From assembly GCA_963790475.1 (NCBI GenBank), contig CAWBOS010000012.1:416001-480000 (forward strand): DNA of 64,000 nucleotides, read 5' to 3'. Source of the stretch: an uncultured delta proteobacterium. GTDB lineage: Bacteria; Desulfobacterota; RBG-13-43-22. A program made the position numbers and the translations under genes. Below the pieces are notes generated by a model that was not told the DNA's origin, made no database searches, and saw only the letters and a program-made list of their open reading frames with translations. Within the stretch, counting starts at the first letter, position 1. Each line of letters starts with the position of its first letter. This document shows positions 10,672-22,178 of the stretch, in pieces.

Positions 10672-11541
10672 ATGGCGACACTTCAGGATATCAGAAGAAA
10701 AATCGGGGGGGTAAAAAAGACCCAGCAGATTACTAAAGCCATGAACATGGTGGCCGCGGCCAAACTGCGGGGCGCCCAGATGCGGATGGAAAATTTCCGT
10801 CCCTATGCCGGCAAATTTTTAGAAGTCATTAATAATCTTTCCTCCCGGATCGATCCCGAGGCTTTCCCATTGATGACCCAGAGGCCGGTAAAAAAGGTGG
10901 AATTGATTTCCCTTACCGCCGACCGGGGACTTTGCGGAAGTTTCAATGTCAATCTGATCAATGCCGGGGAAAAGTTTATTAAAGCCCGAATGAAAGAACA
11001 GGTAGAGGTGTCCCTGGCACCGGTCGGCAAAAAAGGGGGAGAATACTATAAACGCCGAAAATACAATGTTCGCATCCGCTATATGGATATATTTAATTCC
11101 TTTGATATGGTTACTGCAGCCGGTATCGGCCGGGATGTCATCGATAACTTCCTGGCCGGCGGATCGGATGAGGTCTATATCCTTTACGGCGAATTTATAA
11201 ACATGGGTGTTCAAAGACCCAAAGTGCTTCGTTTGCTGCCCATTGCTCCCTTGACCCAAAAAGGGGAGGAGAAACAGGGATTGGAATATCTCTATGAGCC
11301 CTCGGTGGAAGGAATTTTCAATGATCTGTTACCCCGTTATATCAATGTGCAAATCTACCGGGGCATGCTGGAAAATGCGGCCAGCGAACAGGCCGCCCGG
11401 ATGACGGCCATGGACAATGCCACCCGAAATTGTAAGGAGCTGATCACCAGCTTGTCCTTAATTTACAACAAGGCCCGCCAGAGTGCTATTACCAAGGAAC
11501 TGATGGATATTGTCGGCGGGACTGAGGCCTTAAAGAAATAA
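10672..11541 (+). CDS. atpG: ATP synthase F1 subunit gamma
   Basis: ITKAMNMVAAAK, DRGLCGSFN, SEQAARMTAMDNAT, NKARQSAIT.EL. Confidence 0.98.
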   Translation: MATLQDIRRKIGGVKKTQQITKAMNMVAAAKLRGAQMRMENFRPYAGKFLEVINNLSSRIDPEAFPLMTQRPVKKVELISLTADRGLCGSFNVNLINAGEKFIKARMKEQVEVSLAPVGKKGGEYYKRRKYNVRIRYMDIFNSFDMVTAAGIGRDVIDNFLAGGSDEVYILYGEFINMGVQRPKVLRLLPIAPLTQKGEEKQGLEYLYEPSVEGIFNDLLPRYINVQIYRGMLENAASEQAARMTAMDNATRNCKELITSLSLIYNKARQSAITKELMDIVGGTEALKK

Positions 11542-11549
11542 ATAGGTAA

Positions 11550-13010
<1,461 letters not shown>

Positions 13011-13034
13011 CAAAAAAAGAGGCGATAAAACATC

Positions 13035-13445
13035 ATGGCGGACAAGCTTGAATTAGAAGTGGTTACTCCTGATCGACTGGTGGCTCAAGAAACGGTGGAC
13101 ATTGTCATGGCGGTAGGTGCCTTGGGTGAATTCGGCATCCTGCCCAATCACATTCCTTTTTTGACCACCCTTCAACCCGGAGAACTGCGCTATCGTAAGA
13201 ACGGTCAGTTGGAGTATATGGCCGTTACCGGCGGATTTGCTGAGGTCTCAAATAATAAAGTCACCATCCTGGCCGAGGCGGCCGAAAGGGCCAGAGAGAT
13301 CGATGTAGATAGGGCCAAACGGGCCAAAGAGCGGGCTGAAAAACGCCTGGCTATGGCCAAGACCGAGGCCATTGATTATCTACGGGCCGAAGCAGCCTTG
13401 AAAAGGTCTTTGGTCCGTTTAAGCATTGTGGAAAAAGGCCGGTAA
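13035..13445 (+). CDS. atpC: ATP synthase F1 subunit epsilon
   Basis: [28 protein letters not shown]. Confidence 0.97.
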   Translation: MADKLELEVVTPDRLVAQETVDIVMAVGALGEFGILPNHIPFLTTLQPGELRYRKNGQLEYMAVTGGFAEVSNNKVTILAEAAERAREIDVDRAKRAKERAEKRLAMAKTEAIDYLRAEAALKRSLVRLSIVEKGR

Positions 13446-13473
13446 AGTTTTAACCTAATATCAATAAAATCTG

Positions 13474-13506
13474 AAAGGCAAGTCTGAAAGACTTGCCTTT
13501 TTTATT
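13474..13506 (+). terminator. Rho-independent terminator of atp operon
   Basis: AAAGGCAAGTC-TGAAA-GACTTGCCTTT followed by TTTATT. Confidence 0.85.
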
Positions 13507-13611
13507 TGTAGACCAAGACAACTATTTTGAATTAATTTGACAGAGAATTATGATTCCGATAATATTATTAAAAAGTTAACCGCGGTCTTAGAAGAAAATA
13601 AAAAGGATAAC

Positions 13612-14055
13612 GTGATCAATATAAGGAAGGCAAGCTCGTCGGACCGAGAGAGTTGGATCGGCATGAGAAAGGCACTATGGCCTGATTGCCCCGATAGCCG
13701 GCATGAAATGGAAGTCGATCAGATTCTCTCTTCCAATGGGATCGTGCTCATCGCGGAATCATTGTCATCTGGCCTGGTCGGTTTTGCCGAGATTTCCATA
13801 CGGATTGACCATGTTGAAGGAACAACCATCACCCCAATTCCCTATCTCGAGGGATGGTATGTTGATCCTGCTTACAGGGGACAGGGAATCGGCAAGGCCC
13901 TGATTCGCTCAGCCGAAGAATTTGCATTACAGGCCGGTTTCACAGAGCTGGCCAGTGATGCCGAAATCAATAATCAGACCGGGATCGAAAGGCACATCCG
14001 GTTAGGATTTAGAGAAGTTGAGAGAACGGTTCACTTCTTAAAGTCATTGTCTTGA
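13612..14055 (+). CDS. GNAT acetyltransferase, AAC(6')-I-like
   Basis: W..MRKALWP, GFAEISIR.DHVEGT, YLEGWYVDP.YRGQGIG, ELASDAE..N; GTG start after AAAGGA. Confidence 0.75.
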   Translation: MINIRKASSSDRESWIGMRKALWPDCPDSRHEMEVDQILSSNGIVLIAESLSSGLVGFAEISIRIDHVEGTTITPIPYLEGWYVDPAYRGQGIGKALIRSAEEFALQAGFTELASDAEINNQTGIERHIRLGFREVERTVHFLKSLS

Positions 14056-14459
14056 AACAATTCGTGACCTATCCTTCATGAACTGATTCTCAATATTTTA
14101 GAATTCTGTATAATATTATTAGTAATAGAATTCTTTCCGAGTTTCAGAAGTTTCTACTGACTTAGAAACCTAGGCCGAGGAACTCCTCCCTCCATTCTTT
14201 ATCCACATTGGGCCGATACCATTCTTGCTTATCAAAGAACTCCAATTTTCAATCCGGCGACTTTTTTTCGGAGTTGGATTCTGCCTAATTACTCAGGGGC
14301 TCATAATTTGAGAGGAGCAAACTAATTTTGGTTTTTAATTTTTTGGGGGGGGGAAAATTAAGGCACAGCCAGGTCAAAATAAAGAGAGGCCGTGTCTTGT
14401 AGTTGACAGAGAAGATGAAGAATGATAAATAAGGACAACAGCCGCAATCAGCTAAGGAG

Positions 14460-14547
14460 GGAGGGATGGCCGAGTGGTTTAAGGCGGCGGTCTTGAAAAC
14501 CGCTTTCCTTCCGGGGAACGGGGGTTCGAATCCCTCTCCCTCCGCCA
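14460..14547 (+). tRNA. tRNA-Ser (TGA)
   Basis: GGAGGGA/TCCCTCC acceptor stem, GCGGT-CT-TGA-AA-ACCGC anticodon arm, long variable arm, GGTTCGAATCC, encoded CCA. Confidence 0.95.
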
Positions 14548-14612
14548 TGCACCAGGTCAAACCCGTGGCTGCAAAAAAATGACCAACTGATTACTGACTG
14601 CCAATCCTATGC

Positions 14613-14705
14613 GGAGAGATGACCGAGTAGGCTTAAGGTGCTCGCCTGCTAAGCGAGTGTAGGGGGAAACTTCTACCGAGGGTTCGAATCCCTCTCTCTC
14701 CGCCA
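14613..14705 (+). tRNA. tRNA-Ser (GCT)
   Basis: GGAGAGA/TCTCTCC acceptor stem, CTCGC-CT-GCT-AA-GCGAG anticodon arm, long variable arm, encoded CCA. Confidence 0.95.
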
Positions 14706-14867
14706 TTCCCAAGTTTGGATTTCCTTTTGCGGATTGTGGCTTACAATTCCCTAATCCAAACAGGTTGAAAAGAGAATAGATTTCTCTCTCTTTTTCCTAA
14801 TCCCTTATCTTTATAAAACGATATCCCAAGATACCCGGGACCAGCCTTTTACCTCCAGCTATCGATT

Positions 14868-15590
14868 TCAAGGGGCTTTTATTTTTTGAGGTTGGGTTTG
14901 AGCCAATTTTTCTTTGCAGATTTCAATATAATTTTTCAGTTTAGGGGGGTGGGAGGTGTCGGGATACTGCTGAAGAATATTTTCAAACCGTCCCAGAGCG
15001 GCTTCATAATTTTTTTGATGAAAATAAAATTCTCCTATGAAAAATTCATGAGAGGCCAGGTTTTTTTTAGCGATTATCAGATTGGATTCGGCCTGGGAAA
15101 CATATTCGCTCCGGGGATAATTCTTAATCAATCGTTCAAATTCCTGAGCCGCCTGGAGAGCATAACTCTGGTCTCTGTCAATAGTGGGCATTTGTTTGAA
15201 GTAACACATGGCCAGTTGAAAGATTACATAGGGGATGATTTCATTAGACGGATGCAGCTTTTCAAATTCCTTATAAGCCGTGGCCGCCAGCAGATAATCC
15301 TTATTTAAGAAATGACTGTCGGCCAATTTCAATTCGGCTACGATCGCATAGGGATTGTAAGGAAAACGATCTTTCAAGTTTTGGAAGGCTTCTCCGGCCT
15401 TCTCATATTTTTTCCGCTGGTAGGCATCGAGACCTTCCGCGATCAGGGATTCAGGGGTTTTTTCCAGTTCTTTGGTTTCTTTACTTTTAAACAACCCGCA
15501 ACCCATCAGGGATAATAAAAACCATACGATAACCATCCAGATCAGGCCGTATTTGCAGCAGGAATATTTAAAAAGGGGATATTTTTTCAT
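14868..15590 (-). CDS. bamD: Outer membrane assembly lipoprotein BamD
   Basis: Lipobox LMGC, TPR repeats, F..LHPSN, DRDQS, LA.HEF.IG.FY. Confidence 0.9.
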   Translation of the reverse strand: MKKYPLFKYSCCKYGLIWMVIVWFLLSLMGCGLFKSKETKELEKTPESLIAEGLDAYQRKKYEKAGEAFQNLKDRFPYNPYAIVAELKLADSHFLNKDYLLAATAYKEFEKLHPSNEIIPYVIFQLAMCYFKQMPTIDRDQSYALQAAQEFERLIKNYPRSEYVSQAESNLIIAKKNLASHEFFIGEFYFHQKNYEAALGRFENILQQYPDTSHPPKLKNYIEICKEKLAQTQPQKIKAP

Positions 15591-16510
15591 AGGGTCTCCA
15601 GGTATCTTTCAGCGGCGAAAACCGCCGTTGCTCCATCTCCTACCGCCGTGGAAATCTGTCTTAACAATTTTTTGCGGACATCCCCGGCGGCAAAGATTCC
15701 CCGGACGGAGGTTGCCAGACTATCATTGGTTCGGATAAATCCTTGGGTATCCAGGGACAAGGTCCCTTTCAACCAATCGGTATTGGGCAGGATGCCGACA
15801 AAAACAAATATTCCCTTTACCGGGAGGGTCAGGTCAGGGGAACCGTCCGCCTTTTTGATCCGGACCTCTTCCACGCCGTCGGTCCCCAAGATGGATTCCA
15901 CCTGGGCATTCCAAACTGGTTGGATGAGGGGATTGGCCAAGGCCTTCTCCTGCAGGATCTTGCAGGCCCGGAGTTGATCCCTTCTATGGATCAAATAAAT
16001 TTTTTTTGCAAAACGGGTCAAGAAAAGGGCTTCCTGAACAGCGGTGTCCCCGCCTCCGACCACGGCGATCTCCTGATCTCTGAAAAAAGGTCCATCGCAG
16101 GTAGCGCAATAGGAAACCCCTTTACCGCCTAGATCTCCTTCTCCGGGGACCCCGAGTTTTTTATGTACGGCCCCACAGGCGATGACCAAGGTCTTGGCCC
16201 TGTAAGCCCCCTGGATTCCTTTCAGTATTTTTTCCTGACCTTGAAGAGACAGGGAGACGATCTCATCATTGATAACCGGCAATTCAAATCGTTCCGCTTG
16301 AAGGCGCATCTTATCCACCAGGTCAAAACCGGAAATTCCTTCAGGAAACCCGGGATAATTGTCCACCCAGTCGGTGGTCAAAACCTGACCTCCGGGTATG
16401 AGCCTTTCAATAAGAAGGGTATTAAGCCGGGCACGTCGGGCGTACAATCCAGCGGTCAGGCCGGCTGGACCTCCACCCACGATGATCATATCGTAAACAG
16501 GCTTTTCCAC
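15587..16510 (-). CDS. trxB: Thioredoxin reductase
   Basis: GGGPAGL, GVSYCATCDG, GGGDTA, GIFAAGD. Confidence 0.96.
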   Translation of the reverse strand: MEKPVYDMIIVGGGPAGLTAGLYARRARLNTLLIERLIPGGQVLTTDWVDNYPGFPEGISGFDLVDKMRLQAERFELPVINDEIVSLSLQGQEKILKGIQGAYRAKTLVIACGAVHKKLGVPGEGDLGGKGVSYCATCDGPFFRDQEIAVVGGGDTAVQEALFLTRFAKKIYLIHRRDQLRACKILQEKALANPLIQPVWNAQVESILGTDGVEEVRIKKADGSPDLTLPVKGIFVFVGILPNTDWLKGTLSLDTQGFIRTNDSLATSVRGIFAAGDVRKKLLRQISTAVGDGATAVFAAERYLETL

Positions 16511-16517
16511 AGACGCG

Positions 16518-16847
16518 TTAAAGGGCTTTTTTTATAGCGGACTCTAAAGTAGTTTTGGAAACCGCTCCGGTGATCTGTTCGACCACTGTTCCGTTTTTAA
16601 AGAGGATCAGAGTGGGGATGGCCCGAATTCCATATTGGCCCGGTGTCTTAGGATTCTCATCCACATTCAGTTTGCCTATTTTAAGCTGCCCCTGAAATTG
16701 AACGGCCAACTCTTCGACCACCGGGGCAATCGCTCTGCAGGGACCGCACCACGTGGCCCAAAAGTCGACCAGAGCCGGGGTGGAAGCCTCCATTATTTCC
16801 GCTTTAAAATTTTCATCGGTAACTTCGGTGATATTTTTTTCAGCCAT
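16518..16847 (-). CDS. trxA: Thioredoxin
   Basis: DFWATWCGPC, IPTL. Confidence 0.97.
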   Translation of the reverse strand: MAEKNITEVTDENFKAEIMEASTPALVDFWATWCGPCRAIAPVVEELAVQFQGQLKIGKLNVDENPKTPGQYGIRAIPTLILFKNGTVVEQITGAVSKTTLESAIKKAL

Positions 16848-16898
16848 GTTTTCTCCCTTCCTATTCTTATGGTTTAACTTTTAGGGTAGTAGCTAGGA

Positions 16899-16927
16899 AT
16901 TCTAATTCCCTTTCCTTCCGTTGTCAA
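16899..16927 (-). promoter_or_regulatory. Sigma-70 promoter for trxA-trxB-bamD
   Basis: TTGACA-N17-TAGAAT on minus strand. Confidence 0.7.
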
Positions 16928-17027
16928 TACTTACCCAAAATCCCTAAGTAAAAATAAGGAAAAATTTTGACTTTAGAGACATTTTTAGTTTAAAGTGCTT
17001 TATTATCACAAAAAAGAGGAGATGGAT

Positions 17028-18203
17028 ATGGAAGAATTCAGACGCATGAATCGTCTTCCCCCGTATGTCTTCGCCACTGTCAACACCTTAAAGATGGAAT
17101 TGCGGCGCCAGGGGGAAGATATCATCGATTTGGGGATGGGGAACCCCGACCTGGCCACCCCCAAACATATCGTGGATAAACTTCGGGAAGCCTCGTTGAA
17201 GGCGCATAATCACCGCTATTCGGCTTCCAAAGGGATCACCAGGCTCCGTACGGCAATTTGTGACTGGTATAAAAGGCGTTATCAGGTGAACCTGGATCCG
17301 GAATCCGAAGCCATTGTAACTATTGGAGCCAAGGAGGGGATATCTCATCTGGTTTTGGCCACAACCAGTCCCGGCGATGTGGTCTTCGCGCCTGATCCTA
17401 CCTATCCGATCCACCCCTTTTCCGTCATCATTGCCGGAGGGGATTTGAGAAGTATCCCCATGAGCCATGACCGGAATTTTTTTGAGGACTTATTGACCGC
17501 CACCAAACAAACCTGGCCCAATCCGAAAATGTTGATTATTTCCTTTCCCCACAACCCCACCACTATGGTTGTGGATAAGGATTTTTTTAAAAAGATCGTG
17601 GCCTTTGCCAAGGAACACCACCTGATGGTCATCCATGACTTCGCCTATGCCGATCTGGTTTTTGATGGGTATAAGGCCCCGAGTTTTATGCAGGTGCCCG
17701 GAGCAAAGGATGTCGGTGTCGAACTGTTTTCTCTGTCCAAGAGTTACAGCATGGCCGGGTGGCGGGTAGGTTTCGCAGTCGGGAATCCTGATCTGATTCA
17801 TGCCCTGACCCGTATAAAAAGTTATCTGGACTATGGGGTCTTTCAGCCGATCCAGATTGCCTCCATTATTGCCTTAAATGGTCCTCAAGAGTGTGTTCAG
17901 GAGATCGTCAGCACCTACAAAGAAAGAAGAGATACTTTGATCCGAGGGCTGAACCGGATAGGATGGAAGATGGAAAAGCCCAAAGGGACTATGTTCGTCT
18001 GGTCCAAGATCCCGGAGCCGTTCAGGAAAATGGGGTCAGTGGAATTTTCCAAGTTTCTTATCCGGGAGGGAAAGGTGGCCGTATCCCCAGGACGGGGTTT
18101 TGGAGAATACGGGGATGAATATGTCCGGTTCGCTCTGGTCGAAAACTCACATCGGATCCAACAGGCGGTCAGGGGTATCAAAAAGGCTTTGGACAAAGGC
18201 TGA
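17028..18203 (+). CDS. alaC: PLP-dependent aminotransferase class I (AlaC-like)
   Basis: [47 protein letters not shown]; GAGGAG RBS. Confidence 0.8.
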   Translation: MEEFRRMNRLPPYVFATVNTLKMELRRQGEDIIDLGMGNPDLATPKHIVDKLREASLKAHNHRYSASKGITRLRTAICDWYKRRYQVNLDPESEAIVTIGAKEGISHLVLATTSPGDVVFAPDPTYPIHPFSVIIAGGDLRSIPMSHDRNFFEDLLTATKQTWPNPKMLIISFPHNPTTMVVDKDFFKKIVAFAKEHHLMVIHDFAYADLVFDGYKAPSFMQVPGAKDVGVELFSLSKSYSMAGWRVGFAVGNPDLIHALTRIKSYLDYGVFQPIQIASIIALNGPQECVQEIVSTYKERRDTLIRGLNRIGWKMEKPKGTMFVWSKIPEPFRKMGSVEFSKFLIREGKVAVSPGRGFGEYGDEYVRFALVENSHRIQQAVRGIKKALDKG

Positions 18204-18330
18204 CGGTTTTTAGCAAAGAGAGTTTTTTTGACCCGGTAGGAATAGGTGGTCACCTTTCTGGGGACAAACAAGAAGGAGAATTTGGAATTATTTTTCATAT
18301 ATAAAGGGCTAAGGGTCAAGTGAGGGAATC

Positions 18331-19635
18331 ATGAAAGAAATTCAGGTGGGTTTAATCGGTTTTGGCACGGTGGGAACCGGCATGGTGAAGATTTTAATTG
18401 AGAAAGAAAAGCTTCTTCAATCCCTGGTCGGGGCGCCTTTGAAATTAAAACGGATCGCCGATCTCGATTTGAACCGGGATCGCGGGGTACCGATTCCCAA
18501 GGGGCTCTTAGTGGACAAAGCCGAAGACATTTTTAATGATCCGGATATTTCCATTGTCGTGGAACTGATCGGGGGTCTGGAACCGGCCCGAAGTTTTATT
18601 ATAAAGGCCCTGGAAAAAGGGAAACACGTAGTTACAGCCAACAAGGCCCTGCTGGCCCACAAGGGGGATGAAATCTTTCAAAAGGCGGAAGACTGCAAAC
18701 TGGACGTCGGCTTTGAAGCCAGTGTCTGCGGCGGCATCCCGGTTATCCTGGCCCTGCAACAGGGGCTGGTAGCCAATGAAATCGAAAGCATCCTGGGGAT
18801 ATTTAACGGGACTTCCAATTACATCTTGACTCGAATGACCGAAGAAGGACTGCCTTATTCGGAGGCCTTGAAAGAAGCCCAGCAAAAGGGGTACGCCGAG
18901 GCCGATCCCACCCTGGATGTAGAGGGTCTGGATACAGCTCATAAGCTTTCCATTTTAATGCATCTGGCTTATGGAGCTCCCTTAAATCCTGAGGCTATTT
19001 TTGTGGAAGGTATTACTCGAATCGGGGCCTTGGACATCGCCTTTGCCCGGGAATTCGGCTACTCGATTAAGCTGCTGGCTATCTGCCGCAAAGAAGGGGA
19101 CCTGTTGGAAGCCAGGGTCCACCCGACCATGATCCCTAAGGGACATATGCTGGCCGGTGTGCAGGGGGCCTACAATGCCCTTCTTATCAAGGGAGATTCG
19201 GTGGGAGATGTTTTGCTTTACGGCCAAGGGGCCGGCATGATGCCGACCGGAAGTGCCGTAGTCAGCGACCTGGTCAATATGGGCCGTAATATCAATAAGG
19301 GGATTACCCAAAGGATTCCCCGGAACCTGTCAATACAAGGGCTTAAGGAAAAGGGTTTGGCCTTAAAACCGTTTTCAGGGGTGATCGGTCGTTATTATTT
19401 TCGGTTTTCCGCGCTGGATCGCCCCGGTGTCCTTTCCACCATTGCCGGTATTCTCGGGGCCAATAAAATCAGTGTGGCCTCCGTGATCCAAAAAGGCCGA
19501 GAGGTTGAGGGGCCGGTCCCCATAGTCATGATGACCCATGAGGCCAAAGAATCCGCCGTCCAAAAGGCCATTCAGGAGATTGACCGCTTGACCGTGATTA
19601 CCGACCGAACGGTGATTATTAGGGTGGAAAATTAA
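18331..19635 (+). CDS. hom: Homoserine dehydrogenase with ACT domain
   Basis: GFGTVG, VVTANKAL, EASVCGGIP, GYAEADPT.DVEG.D, DRPGVL. Confidence 0.95.
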   Translation: MKEIQVGLIGFGTVGTGMVKILIEKEKLLQSLVGAPLKLKRIADLDLNRDRGVPIPKGLLVDKAEDIFNDPDISIVVELIGGLEPARSFIIKALEKGKHVVTANKALLAHKGDEIFQKAEDCKLDVGFEASVCGGIPVILALQQGLVANEIESILGIFNGTSNYILTRMTEEGLPYSEALKEAQQKGYAEADPTLDVEGLDTAHKLSILMHLAYGAPLNPEAIFVEGITRIGALDIAFAREFGYSIKLLAICRKEGDLLEARVHPTMIPKGHMLAGVQGAYNALLIKGDSVGDVLLYGQGAGMMPTGSAVVSDLVNMGRNINKGITQRIPRNLSIQGLKEKGLALKPFSGVIGRYYFRFSALDRPGVLSTIAGILGANKISVASVIQKGREVEGPVPIVMMTHEAKESAVQKAIQEIDRLTVITDRTVIIRVEN

Positions 19636-19640
19636 AAGTT

Positions 19641-20879
19641 ATGAATTCGAAAGGCAGGAAATATATCATTCTGGTCGGAGACGGGATGGGCGATTACCCC
19701 CAGGAAAACCTGGACGGAAAGACCCCTCTGGAAGCGGCCCATACCCCCCACATGGATGCAGTAGCTTCCCAAGGACTAATGGGTTGGGCTCAAACCGTAC
19801 CCTCGGGTTGTGAACCGGGAAGCGATATTGCCAACCTTTCACTCCTGGGTTATGACCCCCTGGTCTACCATACCGGCCGCGCCCCCCTTGAAGCGGTCAG
19901 CATGGGGATCCGACTAAAGGAAAAGGATGTGGCCTTCCGCTGCAATCTGGTTTACCTGGATCACCCGGGCAATGAAGACGTGAGGATGAACTCTTATAGC
20001 GCAGGGCATATCACTACGGAAGAAGCCAGGATTTTAGTCAACGACCTTAATGGATTTTTAGCTCATCCCCAATTGTCTTTCCATCCCGGGGTCAGTTATC
20101 GACATATCCTGATCTGGGCCGGGGCCGATCCATCGGCCAAGACTACCGCGCCCCATGACCTGACCGGGCAGGATGTGACTGACTATTTGAATACCGCGGG
20201 AGAGTTAGGACCGATTGTGGATCTGATGCGCCGTTCCTGGCTATTCCTAAGCCAACACCCGGTTAATAAATCCAGGCAGGAGCGCGGTCTGGTTCCAGCC
20301 AACTCCATTTGGCTGTGGGGACAGGGGAAAAGCCCGGACATGCCCGCTTTCCAGAAAAGGTTCGGCCTTCGAGGAGGAGTAATTTCGGCCGTGGATCTTT
20401 TGAAGGGAATAGGACTGTCCGCCGGTCTGGAACCCCTTTTTGTGGAAGGGATGACCGGCTATTTAGACTCTAATTTCCGGGGAAAGGCCGATAAGGCCCT
20501 GGGCGTTCTAAATGAAAAAGACCTGGTGTATGTCCATATCGAGGCCCCGGATGAGGCCTCTCACGAGGGAAGTCTGGAGAAAAAGATCCAGGCCATTGAG
20601 GCCTTTGATCGAGAGGTTGTGGGGCCTGTTGTGGAAGGGCTCAATCGTTTTGAAGCCTATTCCCTATTGATCGTCACCGATCATTTCACCCCTATTCAGG
20701 TTATGACCCATACCCGGGAACCGGTTCCTTTTGCCGTCTTCCGATCAGAAGATCAACGCCGTCATTCCCGAAGAAGGGGTTTTTCAGAAAGATCGGCTTT
20801 TGAGGGGGAAGTCTCCTTCCTGAAAGGAGACCGGTTGATGCCCTGGTTCATACATTCTCATCAGGAGTTATCCAAATGA
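19641..20879 (+). CDS. apgM: ApgM-type cofactor-independent phosphoglycerate mutase / proposed homoserine kinase
   Basis: VGDGMGD, PGSDIAN, TGRAPLEA, H.EAPDEASH, TDHFTP, HTREPVP. Confidence 0.85.
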   Translation: MNSKGRKYIILVGDGMGDYPQENLDGKTPLEAAHTPHMDAVASQGLMGWAQTVPSGCEPGSDIANLSLLGYDPLVYHTGRAPLEAVSMGIRLKEKDVAFRCNLVYLDHPGNEDVRMNSYSAGHITTEEARILVNDLNGFLAHPQLSFHPGVSYRHILIWAGADPSAKTTAPHDLTGQDVTDYLNTAGELGPIVDLMRRSWLFLSQHPVNKSRQERGLVPANSIWLWGQGKSPDMPAFQKRFGLRGGVISAVDLLKGIGLSAGLEPLFVEGMTGYLDSNFRGKADKALGVLNEKDLVYVHIEAPDEASHEGSLEKKIQAIEAFDREVVGPVVEGLNRFEAYSLLIVTDHFTPIQVMTHTREPVPFAVFRSEDQRRHSRRRGFSERSAFEGEVSFLKGDRLMPWFIHSHQELSK

Positions 20880-21277
20880 AATTCTTTCAGACGACCTACC
20901 GGGTAATTTACGGCGACGTGGATGCCATGAAAATGGCCTATTATGCCAATTATCTACGCTGGTTTGAAATCGGCCGTTCGGAATTGATCCGTCATTTGGG
21001 TCTTCCTTATGCCGGGATAGAGGCTCTGGGTTATCTGTTGCCGGTTACTGAGGCCTTCTGCAAATATAATAAGCCGGCCCGTTATGATGAAATCATTTTG
21101 ATCAATACCGGCGTAGGGTTCATTCGCAAGGCCTCTATGCGTTTTGATTATCGAATTTTGAATCAGGAGAACGATCTTCTGGCTCAAGGACACACCATCC
21201 ATGCCTGTCTGGATGGGGAAGGTAAATTAGTCCGTCTTCCTGAACCCGTAGTTACCCTTTTGGGGAAGTGGGATTAG
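20876..21277 (+). CDS. Acyl-CoA thioesterase (YbgC/4HBT family)
   Basis: RV.YGD.DAM...YYANYLRWFE.GR. Confidence 0.88.
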   Translation: MKFFQTTYRVIYGDVDAMKMAYYANYLRWFEIGRSELIRHLGLPYAGIEALGYLLPVTEAFCKYNKPARYDEIILINTGVGFIRKASMRFDYRILNQENDLLAQGHTIHACLDGEGKLVRLPEPVVTLLGKWD

Positions 21278-21367
21278 TTATGCTGTATGGCTTAGAATTC
21301 AGGAGATAGTAGTTACTCGGAAAAGTAATCACTATTTCAAGATGGGTTAATAGTTTGGAGAAAACCT

Positions 21368-21751
21368 ATGTCGGCAATCGAAGCCGCTAAAGCCGTTGAG
21401 GCCTTTTTTGAAGCCTTTAACGCCCATGACGGCGAGGCACACCTGAACACCCATCATTTTCCTCATATCCGCATCAACGACAAAGGCCAGGTACGTATCG
21501 TTCAAAATGCTTCCGAAACCCAGCCCCTGGACTCGGTACTCGAATATCTGACCAAGCGCGAGGGATGGCATCACAGCACTCTGGATTCGGTGGAAGTCAT
21601 TCACGCTTCACCGCTGAAGGTACATTTTAATATCCAATTCAGCCGATACAAGGCCGACGGGTCCAGGTACGCGGTTCATAAATCCCTGTGGGTAGTCACC
21701 AATAAAGACGAACGTTGGGGCATATTGGCTCGTTCCAGTTACGCCCCCTAA
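21368..21751 (+). CDS. Hypothetical protein, NTF2/SnoaL-like fold
   Basis: V..FF.AFNA.D start and WGI..RSS end; GGAG RBS. Confidence 0.6.
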   Translation: MSAIEAAKAVEAFFEAFNAHDGEAHLNTHHFPHIRINDKGQVRIVQNASETQPLDSVLEYLTKREGWHHSTLDSVEVIHASPLKVHFNIQFSRYKADGSRYAVHKSLWVVTNKDERWGILARSSYAP

Positions 21752-21938
21752 AGAATAAATCTCGAAGTCGCAGAACATACCAATAGGTCAAAAATGAAGA
21801 CTCCGCTGGGGTTTCCCGTGAAGTTAATAAAATGGGGTCTCCAGGGCCTCTTGAAAAAAAAGTGTACTCGAATTTAATTTTAACCCCCCTGCCCTCGGTG
21901 ATTAGCCGCCAATGTTTTTTTAAATATTGCTTTAATTC

Positions 21939-21967
21939 TTGACACAAAATATTGTTTTTAATATCAT
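21939..21967 (+). promoter_or_regulatory. Sigma-70 promoter for kinase-regulator-protease operon
   Basis: TTGACA-N17-TATCAT. Confidence 0.6.
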
Positions 21968-22178
21968 GATTCCATCTTTGTTGAGAAACCTTTCCCAGAT
22001 AATGCTTGATGGTTTGAATAGTTTCAAGCGAAGCGCTGGTCCTATCCCTAGTTGTAAAATAGAAGGTGAATCGCCGTAAATATCTTCCTTCTCCGCTTTT
22101 TCACTGGCGGATTGCCGATAAATTTTCATAGTCACCCATTAGTTAAAACAGAATAGCTAAAATTCAAAAGGTGGTGCC

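Noticed and set aside
14056-14400. attC after the AAC(6')-like gene, or att duplication of tRNA-Ser
   Set aside because: No R''/L''/L'/R' structure and no repeated tRNA 3' end found
14285-14560. 91-aa ORF MAEGEGFEPP
   Set aside because: Antisense reading of tRNA-Ser
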